64,000 nucleotides of DNA from Rebecca billardiae RCC1528. Lineage: Eukaryota; Protista; Haptophyta. The number at the start of each line of letters is the position of its first letter. Within the stretch, counting starts at the first letter, position 1. The notes under the pieces were generated by a model. It searched no databases, had not been told where the DNA came from, and saw only the letters and a program-made list of their open reading frames with translations. The stretch spans positions 310,001 to 374,000 of the forward strand of contig OZ251247.1 of the NCBI GenBank assembly GCA_965240325.2, read 5' to 3'. A program made the position numbers and the translations under genes. Shown here one piece after another: positions 45,541 through 57,107 of the stretch.

Positions 45541-47109
45541 ATGGCGTCGTCGCTCACCGAGGTGCAGATCTCGCTCCCCAGCACCACCACCTCCCGCGCC
45601 GAGACGACGCCCGCCCCGCCAGCAGACGACGCCGACGACGAGGCGGCGGAGCAGCCGCCGCTCATCACCGGCGCGTCGGTCGCTTGCTTTGTGTGCCTGG
45701 AGGACGCGGAGGTGGACGTGCGCGATCGGTTCCTGCCGCGCGTGTGCGGCTGCACGCGGAGCGCGGTGCACCGCGTGTGCCTCGAGAAGCTGCTCAACTC
45801 GCGCGTGCGCCGCCGCCTGCCGCTGCCCGAGCGCACGCGCTGCGCCGTGTGCCTCACGCCGTACCGCGTGCCGCTCGCCCTGTGTCGCGTGCCCGGCGGC
45901 GGCTCGGCGGCGGGCGGCGGCTCGCGGTCGTACCGGCAGATGCCCCGGATCGTGCGCGCGATCGGCACGGTGCTGCTCGTCACGTACGTGCTCGGCTTCG
46001 TCCTCCGCTACGGCGCGGTGCAGGCGCTCGCCGGCAGCCAATTTACTTACGTGCTACTGTCGGCGCCGTTCGTTGTGATCAGCCTGTGCCTGCTGCGCGA
46101 CCTGCGCGCGTGCCGGCGCGCGCGCAGGCTGGCGGGGCGCGGCAGCGGCGGCGAGAGCGGGCGCGGCGGGAGCAGCCACGGCGGCGGCGGCAGCGGGCGC
46201 GTGCCCGGCAGCCTCGCCGACGAACCACTCTCTGACGAAACGCTGGACGCGCTCGACGACGAGACGTTCTATTCCCAGCTGGTGCTGCCGCGGAGGCGGC
46301 GGCTGCGCGGCGCGGTGCCGCTGAGTCCGGAGGAGGCGGCGGCGATCGAGGAGCTGCCGGAGCGGGTGCGGGTGCTCGTGCACGTGGGGAGGCCGCCGTG
46401 GCCGCCGCTCGACGACGGGGCGGACGCGGCGGCCGCGGGCGCAGGCCCCGCCGAGCCTCACGCGCCGCCGCGCGCGCTCGCCGCCGTGGACGAGGGCGGT
46501 AGTAGCAGCGGGCACGGCGGCAGCAGCGGCGGGCGCGGCGGAGGCAGCGAGGATGGCGCGGGCGGCGAGCGCGAGGCGGCGCGTGCGGGACCGGCGGCGG
46601 CGGGCGCGGCCGCCATCGCCGCGGGCGCGAGCGCCGCCGCCGCCGCGGTCGCCGCCCTCGTGCGCGGCAAGCCGCCCCCGCGCGCACCGCCTGCGCGCTC
46701 GGGCGGCGGTAGCAGCGCGCACGGCGGCCATGCTGACGGCGGCGGCCATGCTGACGGCAGCGGCGGCCATGCTGAGCTCGAGGACTGCTCGGTGCGCTCC
46801 GGCCGCTCCGTGGGCTCGGCGGCCGCCGTCGCGCTCTCGCGCACCGCGAGCGGGCTGCTGCAGGCGGCGGTGGGCGCAGTGGAGGGGGCGGCGGGCGGCG
46901 CCGCCCAGTCCATGCAGTCCGTGCAGGGGGCGGTGCACCGGACTCTCTCGGCGTCACAGCTGCAGCGGCAGGGCGGCGGGGGCGAGGACGAGGAGGCGGC
47001 GGGGCGGGGGCTGCTGCAGGGCGGCGATGGCGAGGAGGAGGACTCCGACGGGAGCGCGGACGAGGGCGCCGCGTCGGGCGCGGCGCAGCGTGCGGCCGAG
47101 GCGGTGTAG
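45541..47109 (+). CDS. RING-CH (RINGv, MARCH-like) membrane E3 ubiquitin ligase
   Basis: C4HC3 pattern CFVC..CGC....VHRVC..CAVC, followed by two hydrophobic segments (IGTVLLVTYVLGFVL; FTYVLLSAPFVVISLCLL) and a low-complexity tail. Confidence 0.8.
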   Translation: MASSLTEVQISLPSTTTSRAETTPAPPADDADDEAAEQPPLITGASVACFVCLEDAEVDVRDRFLPRVCGCTRSAVHRVCLEKLLNSRVRRRLPLPERTRCAVCLTPYRVPLALCRVPGGGSAAGGGSRSYRQMPRIVRAIGTVLLVTYVLGFVLRYGAVQALAGSQFTYVLLSAPFVVISLCLLRDLRACRRARRLAGRGSGGESGRGGSSHGGGGSGRVPGSLADEPLSDETLDALDDETFYSQLVLPRRRRLRGAVPLSPEEAAAIEELPERVRVLVHVGRPPWPPLDDGADAAAAGAGPAEPHAPPRALAAVDEGGSSSGHGGSSGGRGGGSEDGAGGEREAARAGPAAAGAAAIAAGASAAAAAVAALVRGKPPPRAPPARSGGGSSAHGGHADGGGHADGSGGHAELEDCSVRSGRSVGSAAAVALSRTASGLLQAAVGAVEGAAGGAAQSMQSVQGAVHRTLSASQLQRQGGGGEDEEAAGRGLLQGGDGEEEDSDGSADEGAASGAAQRAAEAV

Positions 47110-47323
47110 TCGTCAGAGCCGCCGACTAGGATTATTATAAGCGGCGGGCTTCTGCTAAGGGACCGCCAGATCCAGTTTCGTCAGGGCCGGCACCGTCCGG
47201 ACCGCTGTTTTGCCGCACAGCCGGACGTGTCCGCTCGCGCCCAGCGCTGAGCCCGACGCCGCGCGGCAGCTGCCACTGCGCTCGCGAGCGGCTCGGCGCA
47301 GCCCTGCGCGCACGCCCACACCC

Positions 47324-47977
47324 ATGTGCGCGCGCCGCGCGAGCGCGCGCGCGGCGCGCACGGCGCGGCGCGGCAGCGCGCGCGGGGGTCAGGGGTAGTC
47401 GCCACGCCTCGCCCGCGCCCCACGCCACGCGCGCGCCCGCGCCGCCGCGCCCGCTCGCGGTCGCGCGCGGCCGCGGCCGCGCCCGCCGCGCGCGCCGCGC
47501 GCCCGCGCGCGCGCGCTCACGCGCCCCCGCGCGGCGTCGCGGCGCGCGCGCGGCGCCAGGTTTGGTGGCGACGAGGTTAACGCCATCGTCATCGACGCGG
47601 GCACGCACACCACCCGCGCCGGCTGGGCGGGCGAGGACGTGCCGAGATTCGCTTTTCCTTCCGCATACTCGTCCGTGCCCGAGGCGGCGGTTACGGCGGC
47701 GGTTACGGCGGCGGGGGCTGGGGGCGGCGACGTGGAGATGGCCGAGCCTGACGACGCCGCCGCCGCCGCCGAGGCCGACGCCGCCGCGGCCGGCGCGCGG
47801 CTGCGCGCGTCCGCCCCGAGGCCGCGCGTCGTGCGCGGCCGCGCACTGCGCTACGGCGAGGCGGCGCTGAGCCTCGGCCGTTACGGCGGTTACGCGGCGG
47901 CGGTGGGCTCGCCGTTCGGGCAGCCCGGGCTCGAGTGCGGCTTCGACCCGCGCACCGGCACGTACGTCAGCGCGGCG

Positions 47978-48018
<41 letters not shown>

Positions 48019-50407
48019 GGCGGCGGCCGGCGGCGGCGGCGAGGGCGGCGGCGGCGGCGGCGAGGGCGGCGGCGAGGGCGGCGGCGAGGGGTCTGCGCCG
48101 CCGCCGATCGTGCCCACCGGCGCCGTCCTCGACCGCGACGCGTGGGAGGCCCTCCTCTGGCACTGCTACGGCCCCTGCCTCGGCGCAGACCCGACTCACC
48201 ACCCGCTCATACTGGCCGAGCGACTGTTACAAGACGTTACGGCCGGGATGGCGCAGCGCGAGGCGTGCGCCGAGACGCTGTTCGAGGCGCTGCGCGTGCC
48301 CGCGCTCTTCGTCGCCAAGGCGCCCGTCCTCGCCGCCTTCGCGTGCGGCCGCCCCACCGCCCTCGTTCTCAAGGTGAGGCGCGCGCCGGGCGCGCCGGGC
48401 GCGCCCGCGGCGGCGGTGGTGGCACAACAGGCTGCGCGCTGCCCTAACCCTAACCCTAACCCTAACCCGAACCCTACCCCTGGTCCACGCCCTACCCTGC
48501 CCGCCCTGCGCCCAGGTGGGCGCGCTGGAGGCCTCGGCGGTGGCGGTGCACGACGGCTTCGCGCTGCACAAGAGTCTCGTCACGTCGCCACTGGCGGGTG
48601 CGCGCGAGCGTGCGTGTGTGCTGCGCGTGTGTGCGCGCGTGTGTGCTGTGCGTGTGCGCGTGTGGCGCGCGGGGGCTGTGCTGTGGCGTGGTCTGTGCGT
48701 GCGCACGGGGTGTGCGCGTGGGGCGCGGGGCGTGTGGGGCGTGTGCGCTGTGCCCTCCGTGTGCTTTCGCCGCGCTCACCCGCGGGCACAACCCTACCCT
48801 CCAACCCTAACCCCCCGCCCCAAACCTACACCCCCGCTGGACCCCCCAACCCTACCCCCTAACCCTACCCCCGTCGACAGGCAACGCGCTGACCAACATC
48901 CTCGCCCACCGCCTCAAGGCGCGCTCGCCGCCGCCCGCGCTGCTCAAGATCTACGACGCGGCGTCGTCGGCGCCCGCGCCCGCGCCCGCCGCCGCCGCCG
49001 CGCCCGCCGCCGCCGCCGCACCGCTGCTTCCGCCCGGCTGTGTGAGCGTGGGCGCGTGGCGGCAGTGTTGCCTGCTGGCTGATGCCAAGGCGGGCGCGTG
49101 CGCGGTGCGCGACGCGGCGGCGATGGCCGCGGCCGCGTCCGCCGCCGCGCCCCCCGCCGGGCCCGCCGCCGCAGCCGCCGCAGCCGCAGCCGCCGCAGCC
49201 GCCGACGCCGCCGCCGGCCCCGGCGGGCCCGGCGGCGCCGCCGCATCGCCCGCGCTCGGTGCGAATTATTACGAGCTGCCGCGGCGCGGCGGTTACTTAG
49301 ATATGCGCACGGAGCGTAACGACTTGGCGGAGCTGTTACTCAACCCGAAGCACGCGGTGCCGGCGGGCACGCTCGCCGCCGCCGCCGCGCCGCCCGAGCT
49401 GCCCGAAGGCGCCGTGCTCGCCGGCGGCACCTCGCGGTACGCGCGCGCCGCCGCCGCCGCCGCCGCCGCCCGCCGCCGCGCCGCGTCGCCGCGCCGCGCT
49501 GCGCCGCGCCGCGCCGCGCCGCGCGCCCACCGCCGCCCCCGCCCCGCCCCCGTCCCACCCCGCGTGTGTGCGCGCGCGTGCGCAGCAGCGGCGCAGGCGC
49601 GGGCTTCCCCGTGCCGCCCGGCTCGCGCGGCCTCGTGCAGCTTGTCACGCAGGTGTGCGCGCGTGTGCGCGTGCACGGCGCAGCGCGCCGCGCCCTGCGC
49701 GCACGCTGCGGCGGCGGTGCGGCACGGCGGCAGCGCCGCAGCGCGCGCGCGTGCCGTTGGCATTGTCCGCGGGCGCGGGCGCAGCGGGACTGCTGACGCG
49801 CGCGCGTTCGCACACGCCGCCCCTGCCCCCGCCCCATCCCACCCACCGCCGCCCCACGCGCCGCATGCCGATTCTCCGTGTCGTCGTCGTCGCCCCTCTT
49901 TATTCCTTTTTTCGATGTTTTTCTCTCATCCTTTGCTTTTCGCTGCTCTGTGCTTCCCCTTGTCTGATCGGCGCCAGTCGATCGGCGTCTCGGACCCGGA
50001 CATCCGGCGCGACCTGTACAGCGCCGTCGTGCTCACGGGCGGCGGCTCGCTGCACCCGGGGCTGGCCGACCGGCTGCAGGCGGCGCTCGGCGCGGCCGTG
50101 CCGCAGCTCCTCTCGCTCAAAGTCAAGGTGCTCACGGTACGAAAGTGCATGGCGCGCACGCGACGCGCCGCGCGCGCGGCGCGGCGAGAGCGCATGCGCG
50201 CGCGCGCGCGAGCGCCCGGCTCACTCACCATCGGCGCCCCGCGCTCCCCGCCCGCGCGCGCAGGGCACGACCAACGCCGAGCGGCAGCACTCCGCGTGGA
50301 TCGGCGGCTCGATCCTCGGCTCGCTCGGCTCGTTCCAGCAGCTGTGGATGAGCAAGGCCGAGTGGGAGGAGGAGGGGCCCGCAGCCGTGCACCGCAAGTG
50401 CCCGTAG
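47324..50407 (+). CDS. ARP4: Nuclear actin-related protein 4 (ARP4/BAF53/ACTL6-like), multi-exon
   Basis: [80 protein letters not shown] and the C-terminus [39 protein letters not shown]. The start codon is inferred as AT(47324-47325)|intron|G(47560). Confidence 0.88.
48442..48480 (+). repeat. Intronic telomere-like (CCCTAA)n
   Basis: Four CCCTAA units plus variants in an ARP4 intron. Further degenerate units lie at 48791-48872. Confidence 0.85.
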
Positions 50408-50906
50408 GCAGCCGCACTGCCTCAGGCAGAGTGGGAGGAGCGGAGGGGCCCGCTGCAGCCCGGACTATGCAGGCCGTCGCAAGTGGCCCTGCTTATAGTT
50501 AGCGGCCGCTAGCCGCTACTGCTCGGCCCGAGTCACGGCCTCACGACCCTCAGCCGTCCGAGCGGCGCGGAGCCCCTGGCGGTGCCCGAGCACGGTTGCA
50601 GTCGTAGCGTCAGCCAGACAGTAGTGTCATCGCGTAGTCGTCATCATCATCATCATCGCGCATCATCGTCGCGTCATCAACATCATCGTCATCATATCAT
50701 CCGCCATATATATTGATATGATGTAGCCACTAAGCTAGGGAGCCCGCAGCATCACGGACGGGCGGCGGCCCGCGACGACCGCGCGCGCGCCGCGCAGTAC
50801 GGCGCAGTAGTACGTCGTGAGCTGACCAGGCGCTCGTCAGCGCGCGTGCCGCCGGTCACTCGCCAGTCCGAGCGGAGCAGTAGTGGGGCGTCGGCGCAGG
50901 CACATG

Positions 50907-52400
50907 TCAGCAGGCACGGGCACGCCACCCCGTCTCGACGCACGTGGGCGTGTCAACCCGCTGGGTGGGCTCGTCTTGCTCGGCCGCGCTCATGCCGAGG
51001 CCGAGCGCAGCCGAGCGCTTGCCGCACGCGTACACGCGGCCGTCAGCACTCACAAACAGCGAGTGGAAGGAGCGCATGGCACAGTGCACCACGCGCGCGT
51101 GGGCGAGGGCAGCCACGCGCGTGGGCGTGGGCACAGTGAGGCATGTCTTCTCAAGCCCGAGCTGGCCGTACTCGTTGTCCCCGAACGTGTGCACGCTGCC
51201 GTCCGCGCCCAGCACCGCGCTGCTGCTGTTGCCAGCACACGCGCGCACGACGTGCACACCAGCAAGCGCCTCGATGCGCTTGGGCTTGCGCCGACCGACC
51301 AGGTCAACGCGTCCGAGCTGTCCACAAGTCCCGGCCCCGAACGAGTGCACCGCCCAATCGCTGTCCACCACCAGGCTGTGGTGGCAGCCCGCGCTCACGT
51401 GCACGGCGCGCACGCCCGCGAGCGCCTCGATGCGCCTCGGCGTGCGCTGATCCTGCACGTCGCCGTGGCCGAGCTGGCCAAGCTGGCCAATGCCACACGA
51501 GTAGACGGCGCCCCGCGTGGTGAGAAGCAGCGTGTGCTCGTGTCCTGCGGCCAAACCACCCACGCGCACGCCGTCCAGCGCCTCGATGCGCGTCGGCTCC
51601 CACCGCTCCTCCGTGTCGCCGTGGCCGAGCTGGCCGTAGTAGTTGTCGCCCCAGCTGTACGCACACCCAGCTGTGCTGAGCGCGAGGCTGTGGTTGCCTC
51701 CAGCGGCGATGCCCACCACCACGAAATCGGCCAGCGCGGCGACCGGAACGAACTCGCGCCGCTCCTGCAGGGCCCCCAGCCCAAGCTGGCTGAAGCAGTT
51801 GCTGCCGCAGCCGTACACGGCGCCGGCCTCGCTCAGCGCGAGCAGGTGCGTCCAGCCCGCCGCCACAGAGCGCACGCGCACTGCGCTGAGCGAGCTAACG
51901 TGCGTCGGCACGCGTACTCCCCGCGCGCCCACGTGGCCGATGGCGGCGGGCGGTATACGCTCGCCTGTCAGCAGCGCGGCGTTCCAGTCCAGCACCGCCT
52001 CGTCCTCGTCTAGCACCTCCTCCTCGCCGCACGTGTGCAGCCCGCCCTCCGCGTCCACAAACGCGCTGAAGCTAGCGTCGCACACGACCGAGGATGCATG
52101 CGCGCATGCGAGCTCGAGCACGCGCTCGCGCGCGAGCAGTTCCCCCGTCCACGTGCGCACGTCGGAGGGCAGCGTCGCCGGCAGCGCGTGCTCGTGCCCG
52201 CGCGCGCGCGCGCGCTCGCGCAGCGCGCGCTCGACCGCCGAGCACCCGCCGGGCGGCGCAGCGTGGAAGAGGCGCGCGGTGGCGTTCAGGCTGGCGAGAT
52301 CGCGCGGGTGTAGGAGTGACATGATGTTGTCGAGCACCTCCGGCGGCAGGTCGACGAGCGCGGGCGTCGGTTGCGCGGTGCCCATCTCGTCGGTGGCCAT
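50907..52400 (-). CDS. F-box-like / RCC1-repeat protein, copy 10
   Basis: 497 aa. LVDLPPEVLDNIMSLLHPRDLASLNATARLF is the clearest F-box consensus in the set, followed by RCC1 repeats. Confidence 0.9.
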   Translation of the reverse strand: MATDEMGTAQPTPALVDLPPEVLDNIMSLLHPRDLASLNATARLFHAAPPGGCSAVERALRERARARGHEHALPATLPSDVRTWTGELLARERVLELACAHASSVVCDASFSAFVDAEGGLHTCGEEEVLDEDEAVLDWNAALLTGERIPPAAIGHVGARGVRVPTHVSSLSAVRVRSVAAGWTHLLALSEAGAVYGCGSNCFSQLGLGALQERREFVPVAALADFVVVGIAAGGNHSLALSTAGCAYSWGDNYYGQLGHGDTEERWEPTRIEALDGVRVGGLAAGHEHTLLLTTRGAVYSCGIGQLGQLGHGDVQDQRTPRRIEALAGVRAVHVSAGCHHSLVVDSDWAVHSFGAGTCGQLGRVDLVGRRKPKRIEALAGVHVVRACAGNSSSAVLGADGSVHTFGDNEYGQLGLEKTCLTVPTPTRVAALAHARVVHCAMRSFHSLFVSADGRVYACGKRSAALGLGMSAAEQDEPTQRVDTPTCVETGWRARAC

Positions 52401-52901
52401 CTCGCCGTTCGTCCGCGCTTGCTCGCGCTCTCGGCCGACGACGACACCGACAGAACGAGGGCGGCGGCGGTCCGGCGAGCAGGCGCCTCACTGCTGCCAT
52501 TGTCACGGCGACTGTCATATTGATCACAGTCACGACTCACGAGGCAGGCCAAAGTACAGTCGCAGATGTGTCTGCTTGTCCATCCGCCATCGCGAAGCTA
52601 TGACGCGGTGGAGTGTACTGGCAGCTGCATGCGGCGAGCTGCTGAGTCGGCCGGCACTGACCGACCAGGCGGGACACGAGGCGGCCTGCTGCTGGGACGA
52701 CGGCACGCTGCCGGTGACGAGCAGAGACAGCAGGCGGTGCGCTGCCCGTCGGACCCGCAGGCTTCCTTCAGCCTTGAGCCTGGGCAGCAGCCGCCTGCAC
52801 GGTGGGTGTGGACTGTGGTCGGGCCCGTGCAGCGGCTGCTGTCAGCTGTCTCCGCCACGCACCCCTGCAGCGGGGCAGCGGGGCGTCAGCGGAGCCACGC
52901 G

Positions 52902-54371
52902 TCAGCAGACACGCGCACGCCACGCCGTCTCGACGCACGTTGGCGTGTCAATCCGCTGGGGGGGCTCGTCTCGCTCGGCCTCGCTCATGCCGAGGCCGAG
53001 CGCAGCCGAGCGCTTGCCGCACGCGTACACGCTGCCGTCCGCACTCACAAACAGCGAGTGGGACTTGCTCATGGCACAGTGCACCACGCGCGCGTGGGCG
53101 ACAGCGTTCACGCGCGTGGGAGCCTCAACGGCATCGTGGGCGTGCCCCAGCCCGAGCTGGCCGTGCCTGTTCTCCCCAAACGTGCGCACGCTGCCGTCCG
53201 CGCCCAGCACCGCGCTGCTGCCTGCGCCTGCCCACGCGTGCACGATGCGCACACCAGCGAGCGCCTCGACGCGCTTGGGCTTGCGCCGGCCGTCGGAGTC
53301 ACCATGCCCGAGCTGCCCATAACGCCCGCCCCCGAACGAGTGCGCGCCACCCTTCGCGTCCACCACCAGGCTGTGCGCGTAGCCCGTGCTCACGTGCACT
53401 GCGCGCACGCCCGCGAGCGCCTCGATGTGCCTCGGCGTGGGCTGATCCTGAGTGTCGCCGTGGCCGAGAGGGCCAGGAGAGCCCGATCCGCACGAGTAGA
53501 CGGCGCCGTGGGCAGAGAGCAGTAGCGTGTGTCGACCACCCGCGGCCACCCCGCCCACGCGCACGCCGTCCAGCGCCTCGATGCGCGCCGGCTCTCACCG
53601 GTCCTTCGTGTCGCCGTGGCCGAGCTGGCCGTAGTAGTTGCGGCCCCAGCTGTACGCACACCCAGCTGCGGTGAGCGCGAGGCTGTGGTCGCCGCCAGCC
53701 GAGATGGCGACGCCGGGTTCACTCGCGGGGAGATCGGTGAGTGCGAACGAGTGCCGCTTGTGCTTGTCCCCCAGCCCGAGCTGTCCGAAGAAGTTGTCGC
53801 CGCAGCCGTACACGGCGCCGGCCTCGCTCAGCGCGAGCAGATGGGCAATGCCAGCGGCCACAGCGACCACGCGCACCGCGCTGAGCGAGGCGACGCGCGA
53901 CGGTTGCAACACCTTCGGCGCGGCGAAGTGACCCACCGCAGCATGTGCTCGATACTCGCCCGTCCACTCCCCGCCCTCGTCCCACACCGTCTCTTCGCCG
54001 CACGTGTGCAGCCCGCCCTCCGCGTCCACAAACGCGCTGAAGCCGTCGCCAGCCGCCACGGGAGATGCGTGCGCGCATGCGAGCTCGAGCACGCGCTCGC
54101 GCACGAACAGCTCCTCCGCCCACGTGCGCACGTCGGAGGGCAGCGTCACCGGCAGCGCGTGATCGTGCCCGTGCGCGCGCGCGCGCTCGCGCAGCGCGCG
54201 CTCGACCGGCGAGCACCCGCCGGGCGGCGCGGCGTGGAAGAGGCGCGCGGTGGCGTTCAGGCTGGCGAGATTGCGCGGGTGTAGGAGTGACATGATGTTG
54301 TCGAGCACCTCTGGCGGCAGGTCGACGAGCGCGGGCGTCGGTTGTGCTGTGCCCACCTCGTCGGTGGCCAT
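52902..54371 (-). pseudogene. F-box-like / RCC1-repeat gene, copy 11, with a single in-frame TGA
   Basis: ORFs 53595-54371 and 52902-53564 are in the same frame. The sequence reads GAC CGG TGA GAG CCG where paralogues have TGG or TGC, and the rest is intact to ..AWRARVC. Confidence 0.82.
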
Positions 54372-54836
54372 TTCTCGCCGCCGTTCGTCCGCGCTGCTCG
54401 CGCCCGGCCGACACAGGGTCCAGGCGCCTTCCCGTTGCCGTTGTCACGGCGACTGTCATTGATCACGAACAGCAGAGTCACGAGCCAGGCCAAAGTACAG
54501 TCTGCTTGTCCATCCGCCATCGTGAAGGCTCCACGAGGCGGTGGAGTGTACCGGCTTGGTACCGGCAGCTGCATGCGGCGAGCTGCTGAGTCGGCCGGCA
54601 CAGACCGACCCGACGGCCTGCTGCTGGGACAACGGCGCGCGGCCGGTGACGAGCAGACGAGACTGAAGGCGGTGCGCTGCCCGTCGGACCCACAGGCTTC
54701 CTTCAGCCTTGAGCCTGGGCAGCAGCCGCCTGCACGGTGGGTGTGGACTGTGGTCGGGCCCGTGCAGCGGCTGCTGTCAGCTGTCTCCGCCACGCACCCC
54801 TGCAGCGGAGCAGTGGGGCGTCCGCGGAGCCACGCG

Positions 54837-56306
54837 TCAGCAGACACGCGCACGCCACGCCGCCTCGACGCAAGTGGGCGTGTCAATCCGCTGGGTGGGC
54901 TCGTCTCGCTCGGCCGCGCTCATGCCAAGGCCGAGCGCAGCCGAGCGCTTGCCGCACGCGTACACGCGGCCGTCAGCACTCACAAACAGCGAGTGGAAGC
55001 TGCGAATGGCACAGTGCACCACGCGCGCGTGGGCGAGGGCAGCCACGCGCGTGGGCGTGGGCACAGTGAGGCATGTCTTCTCAAGCCCGAGCTGGCCGTA
55101 CTCGTTGTCCCCGAACGTGTGCACGCTGCCGTCCGCGCCCAGCACCGCGCTGCTGCTGTTGCCAGCACACGCGCGCACGACGTGCACACCAGCAAGCGCC
55201 TCGATGCGCTTGGGCTTGCGCCGACCGACCAGGTCAACGCGTCCGAGCTGTCCACAAGTCCCGGCCCCGAACGAGTGCACCGCCCAATCGCTGTCCACCA
55301 CCAGGCTGTGGTGGCAGCCCGCGCTCACGTGCACGGCGCGCACGCCCGCGAGCGCCTCGATGCGCCTCGGCGTGCGCTGATCCTGCACGTCGCCGTGGCC
55401 GAGCTGGCCAAAGTAGCCCCAGCCGCACGAGTAGACGGCGCCGTGCGCAGAGAGAAGCAGCGTGTGGACGTGACCCGCGGCCACGCCACCAAATCGCACC
55501 CCGTCCAGCGCCTCGATGCGCGTCGGCTTCCACCGGTCCTTCGTGTCGCCGTGGCCGAGCTGGCCGTAGTGGTTGCAGCCCCAGCTGTGCACACACCCAG
55601 CGGCGGTGAGCGCGAGGCTGTGGCCGCCGCCCGCGGCGATCGCGACGACGCGCTCAATCGCGGGTAGCTCGGTAAGTGCGAACGAGTGCCGCTTCTCCTT
55701 GTCCCCCAGCCCGAGCTGGCCCCAGTCGTTGTAGCCGCAGCCGTACACGGCGCCGGCCTCGCTGAGCGCGAGCAGGTGGTAATGGCCAGCGGCCACAGAG
55801 CACACGCGCACACCGCTGAGGGAGGTGACGTGCATCGGCACACGCACTGAAAACATGCCCGAGTGCCCGGTGGCCGCCAGCACTCGATGCGCCCACGCCC
55901 CGGCGTCCTCGTCGCGCACCTTCTCCTCGCCGCACGTGTGCAGCCCGCCCTCCGCGTCCACAAACGCGCTGAAGTTGTCACCGCACGCGACCGGGGATGC
56001 GTGAACGCATGCGAGCTCGAGCACACGCTCGCGCAGAAACAGCTCGTGTGTCCACGTGCGCACGCCGGAGGGCAGCGTCGCCGGCAGCGCATGATCGTGC
56101 CCGCGCGCGCACGCGCGGTCGCGTAGTGCGCGCTCGACCGGCGAGCACCCGCCGGATGGCGCGGCGTGGAAGAGGCGCGCGGTGGCGTTCAGGCTGGCGA
56201 GATCGCGCAGGTGTAGGAGCGAGAGAGTGCGCTCGAGCACCTCGCGCGGCAGGTCGTCGAGCGCGAGGCGAGGCGCATGCGCCTGCTGGTGTGCCCTGCT
56301 GGCCAT
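54837..56306 (-). CDS. F-box-like / RCC1-repeat protein, copy 12
   Basis: 489 aa. LDDLPREVLERTLSLLHLRDLASLNATARLF plus RCC1 repeats. Confidence 0.9.
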   Translation of the reverse strand: MASRAHQQAHAPRLALDDLPREVLERTLSLLHLRDLASLNATARLFHAAPSGGCSPVERALRDRACARGHDHALPATLPSGVRTWTHELFLRERVLELACVHASPVACGDNFSAFVDAEGGLHTCGEEKVRDEDAGAWAHRVLAATGHSGMFSVRVPMHVTSLSGVRVCSVAAGHYHLLALSEAGAVYGCGYNDWGQLGLGDKEKRHSFALTELPAIERVVAIAAGGGHSLALTAAGCVHSWGCNHYGQLGHGDTKDRWKPTRIEALDGVRFGGVAAGHVHTLLLSAHGAVYSCGWGYFGQLGHGDVQDQRTPRRIEALAGVRAVHVSAGCHHSLVVDSDWAVHSFGAGTCGQLGRVDLVGRRKPKRIEALAGVHVVRACAGNSSSAVLGADGSVHTFGDNEYGQLGLEKTCLTVPTPTRVAALAHARVVHCAIRSFHSLFVSADGRVYACGKRSAALGLGMSAAERDEPTQRIDTPTCVEAAWRARVC

Positions 56307-56411
56307 CGCCCTCTACGACACGGGCGATGTCGCGCAGCGCTCTTGCGCAGACGGTTGGCCGGGCCCACCCGCACGGGAGCGCTGTGACTCATAAGGGCGC
56401 TCAACCCCCCG

Positions 56412-57107
56412 GTGGCTGAGCACAACCAGAGGCACGCGCTCTTCGTGACGGCCCGCACGGAGTGCGTCGCGCGCCAGAGCGAGGGCAAGCTGTACATCGC
56501 CGCTGCGACGCCACTTTCCGCTCCGCTCGCGGCACTGGCGCCCGCGCCCGAGTCGGCGCCAGCGCCGGCGCCGGCGGCGCGTGCTGAGGCGCACCGTCCG
56601 CGCAAGAAGGCAAAGCTGGAGGAGCAAGCAGCGTCGAAGGTGCACGCGGCGGTGCGGCAGCGCCTCGAATGCATGCTCGCGACGGTGCTGGAGACTCAGC
56701 CTCTTTGCGAGCAGCTGCGCTCGTCATGGTCTGCGGACATCGCGCGCACCTTCCCGCGGGAACGCGTGACCATTTTCTTCCGCCGCAAGCTGGCTGACGA
56801 CGAGTGGCAGCAGCTGCGCGCAGACGTCGAGCAACTGCTACTCGACGGCCTCATCCGCGCCATGCCGGTGGCGGAGTACAAGTCGGCGCAGCGGAGATGC
56901 GGCCATTTGGAGGCGTTCCGTCTGCAGCTCTGCCCGATTCTCGACGAGCGAGCACAAGCCATCTCGGAGCGCGCGCGTGTCGACGAGACCATGCTCAGGT
57001 GCTTCGTGCTGAGCGTGTGGGGCGACTCGGTTGCGCACAACCTACAGCTGCTCGACGTCTGGCGCAGCGAGCCCGAGCCCAACGGCCCTTGTTCCAACCG
57101 CCCTTGA
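56412..57107 (+). CDS. Hypothetical protein with an NLS-like motif (start unresolved)
   Basis: The ORF has protein-like composition (RPRKKAKLEEQ, helical C-terminal half), unlike the shadow ORFs. There is no ATG at the 5' end, so it may be a truncated or spliced gene. Confidence 0.4.
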   Translation: MAEHNQRHALFVTARTECVARQSEGKLYIAAATPLSAPLAALAPAPESAPAPAPAARAEAHRPRKKAKLEEQAASKVHAAVRQRLECMLATVLETQPLCEQLRSSWSADIARTFPRERVTIFFRRKLADDEWQQLRADVEQLLLDGLIRAMPVAEYKSAQRRCGHLEAFRLQLCPILDERAQAISERARVDETMLRCFVLSVWGDSVAHNLQLLDVWRSEPEPNGPCSNRP

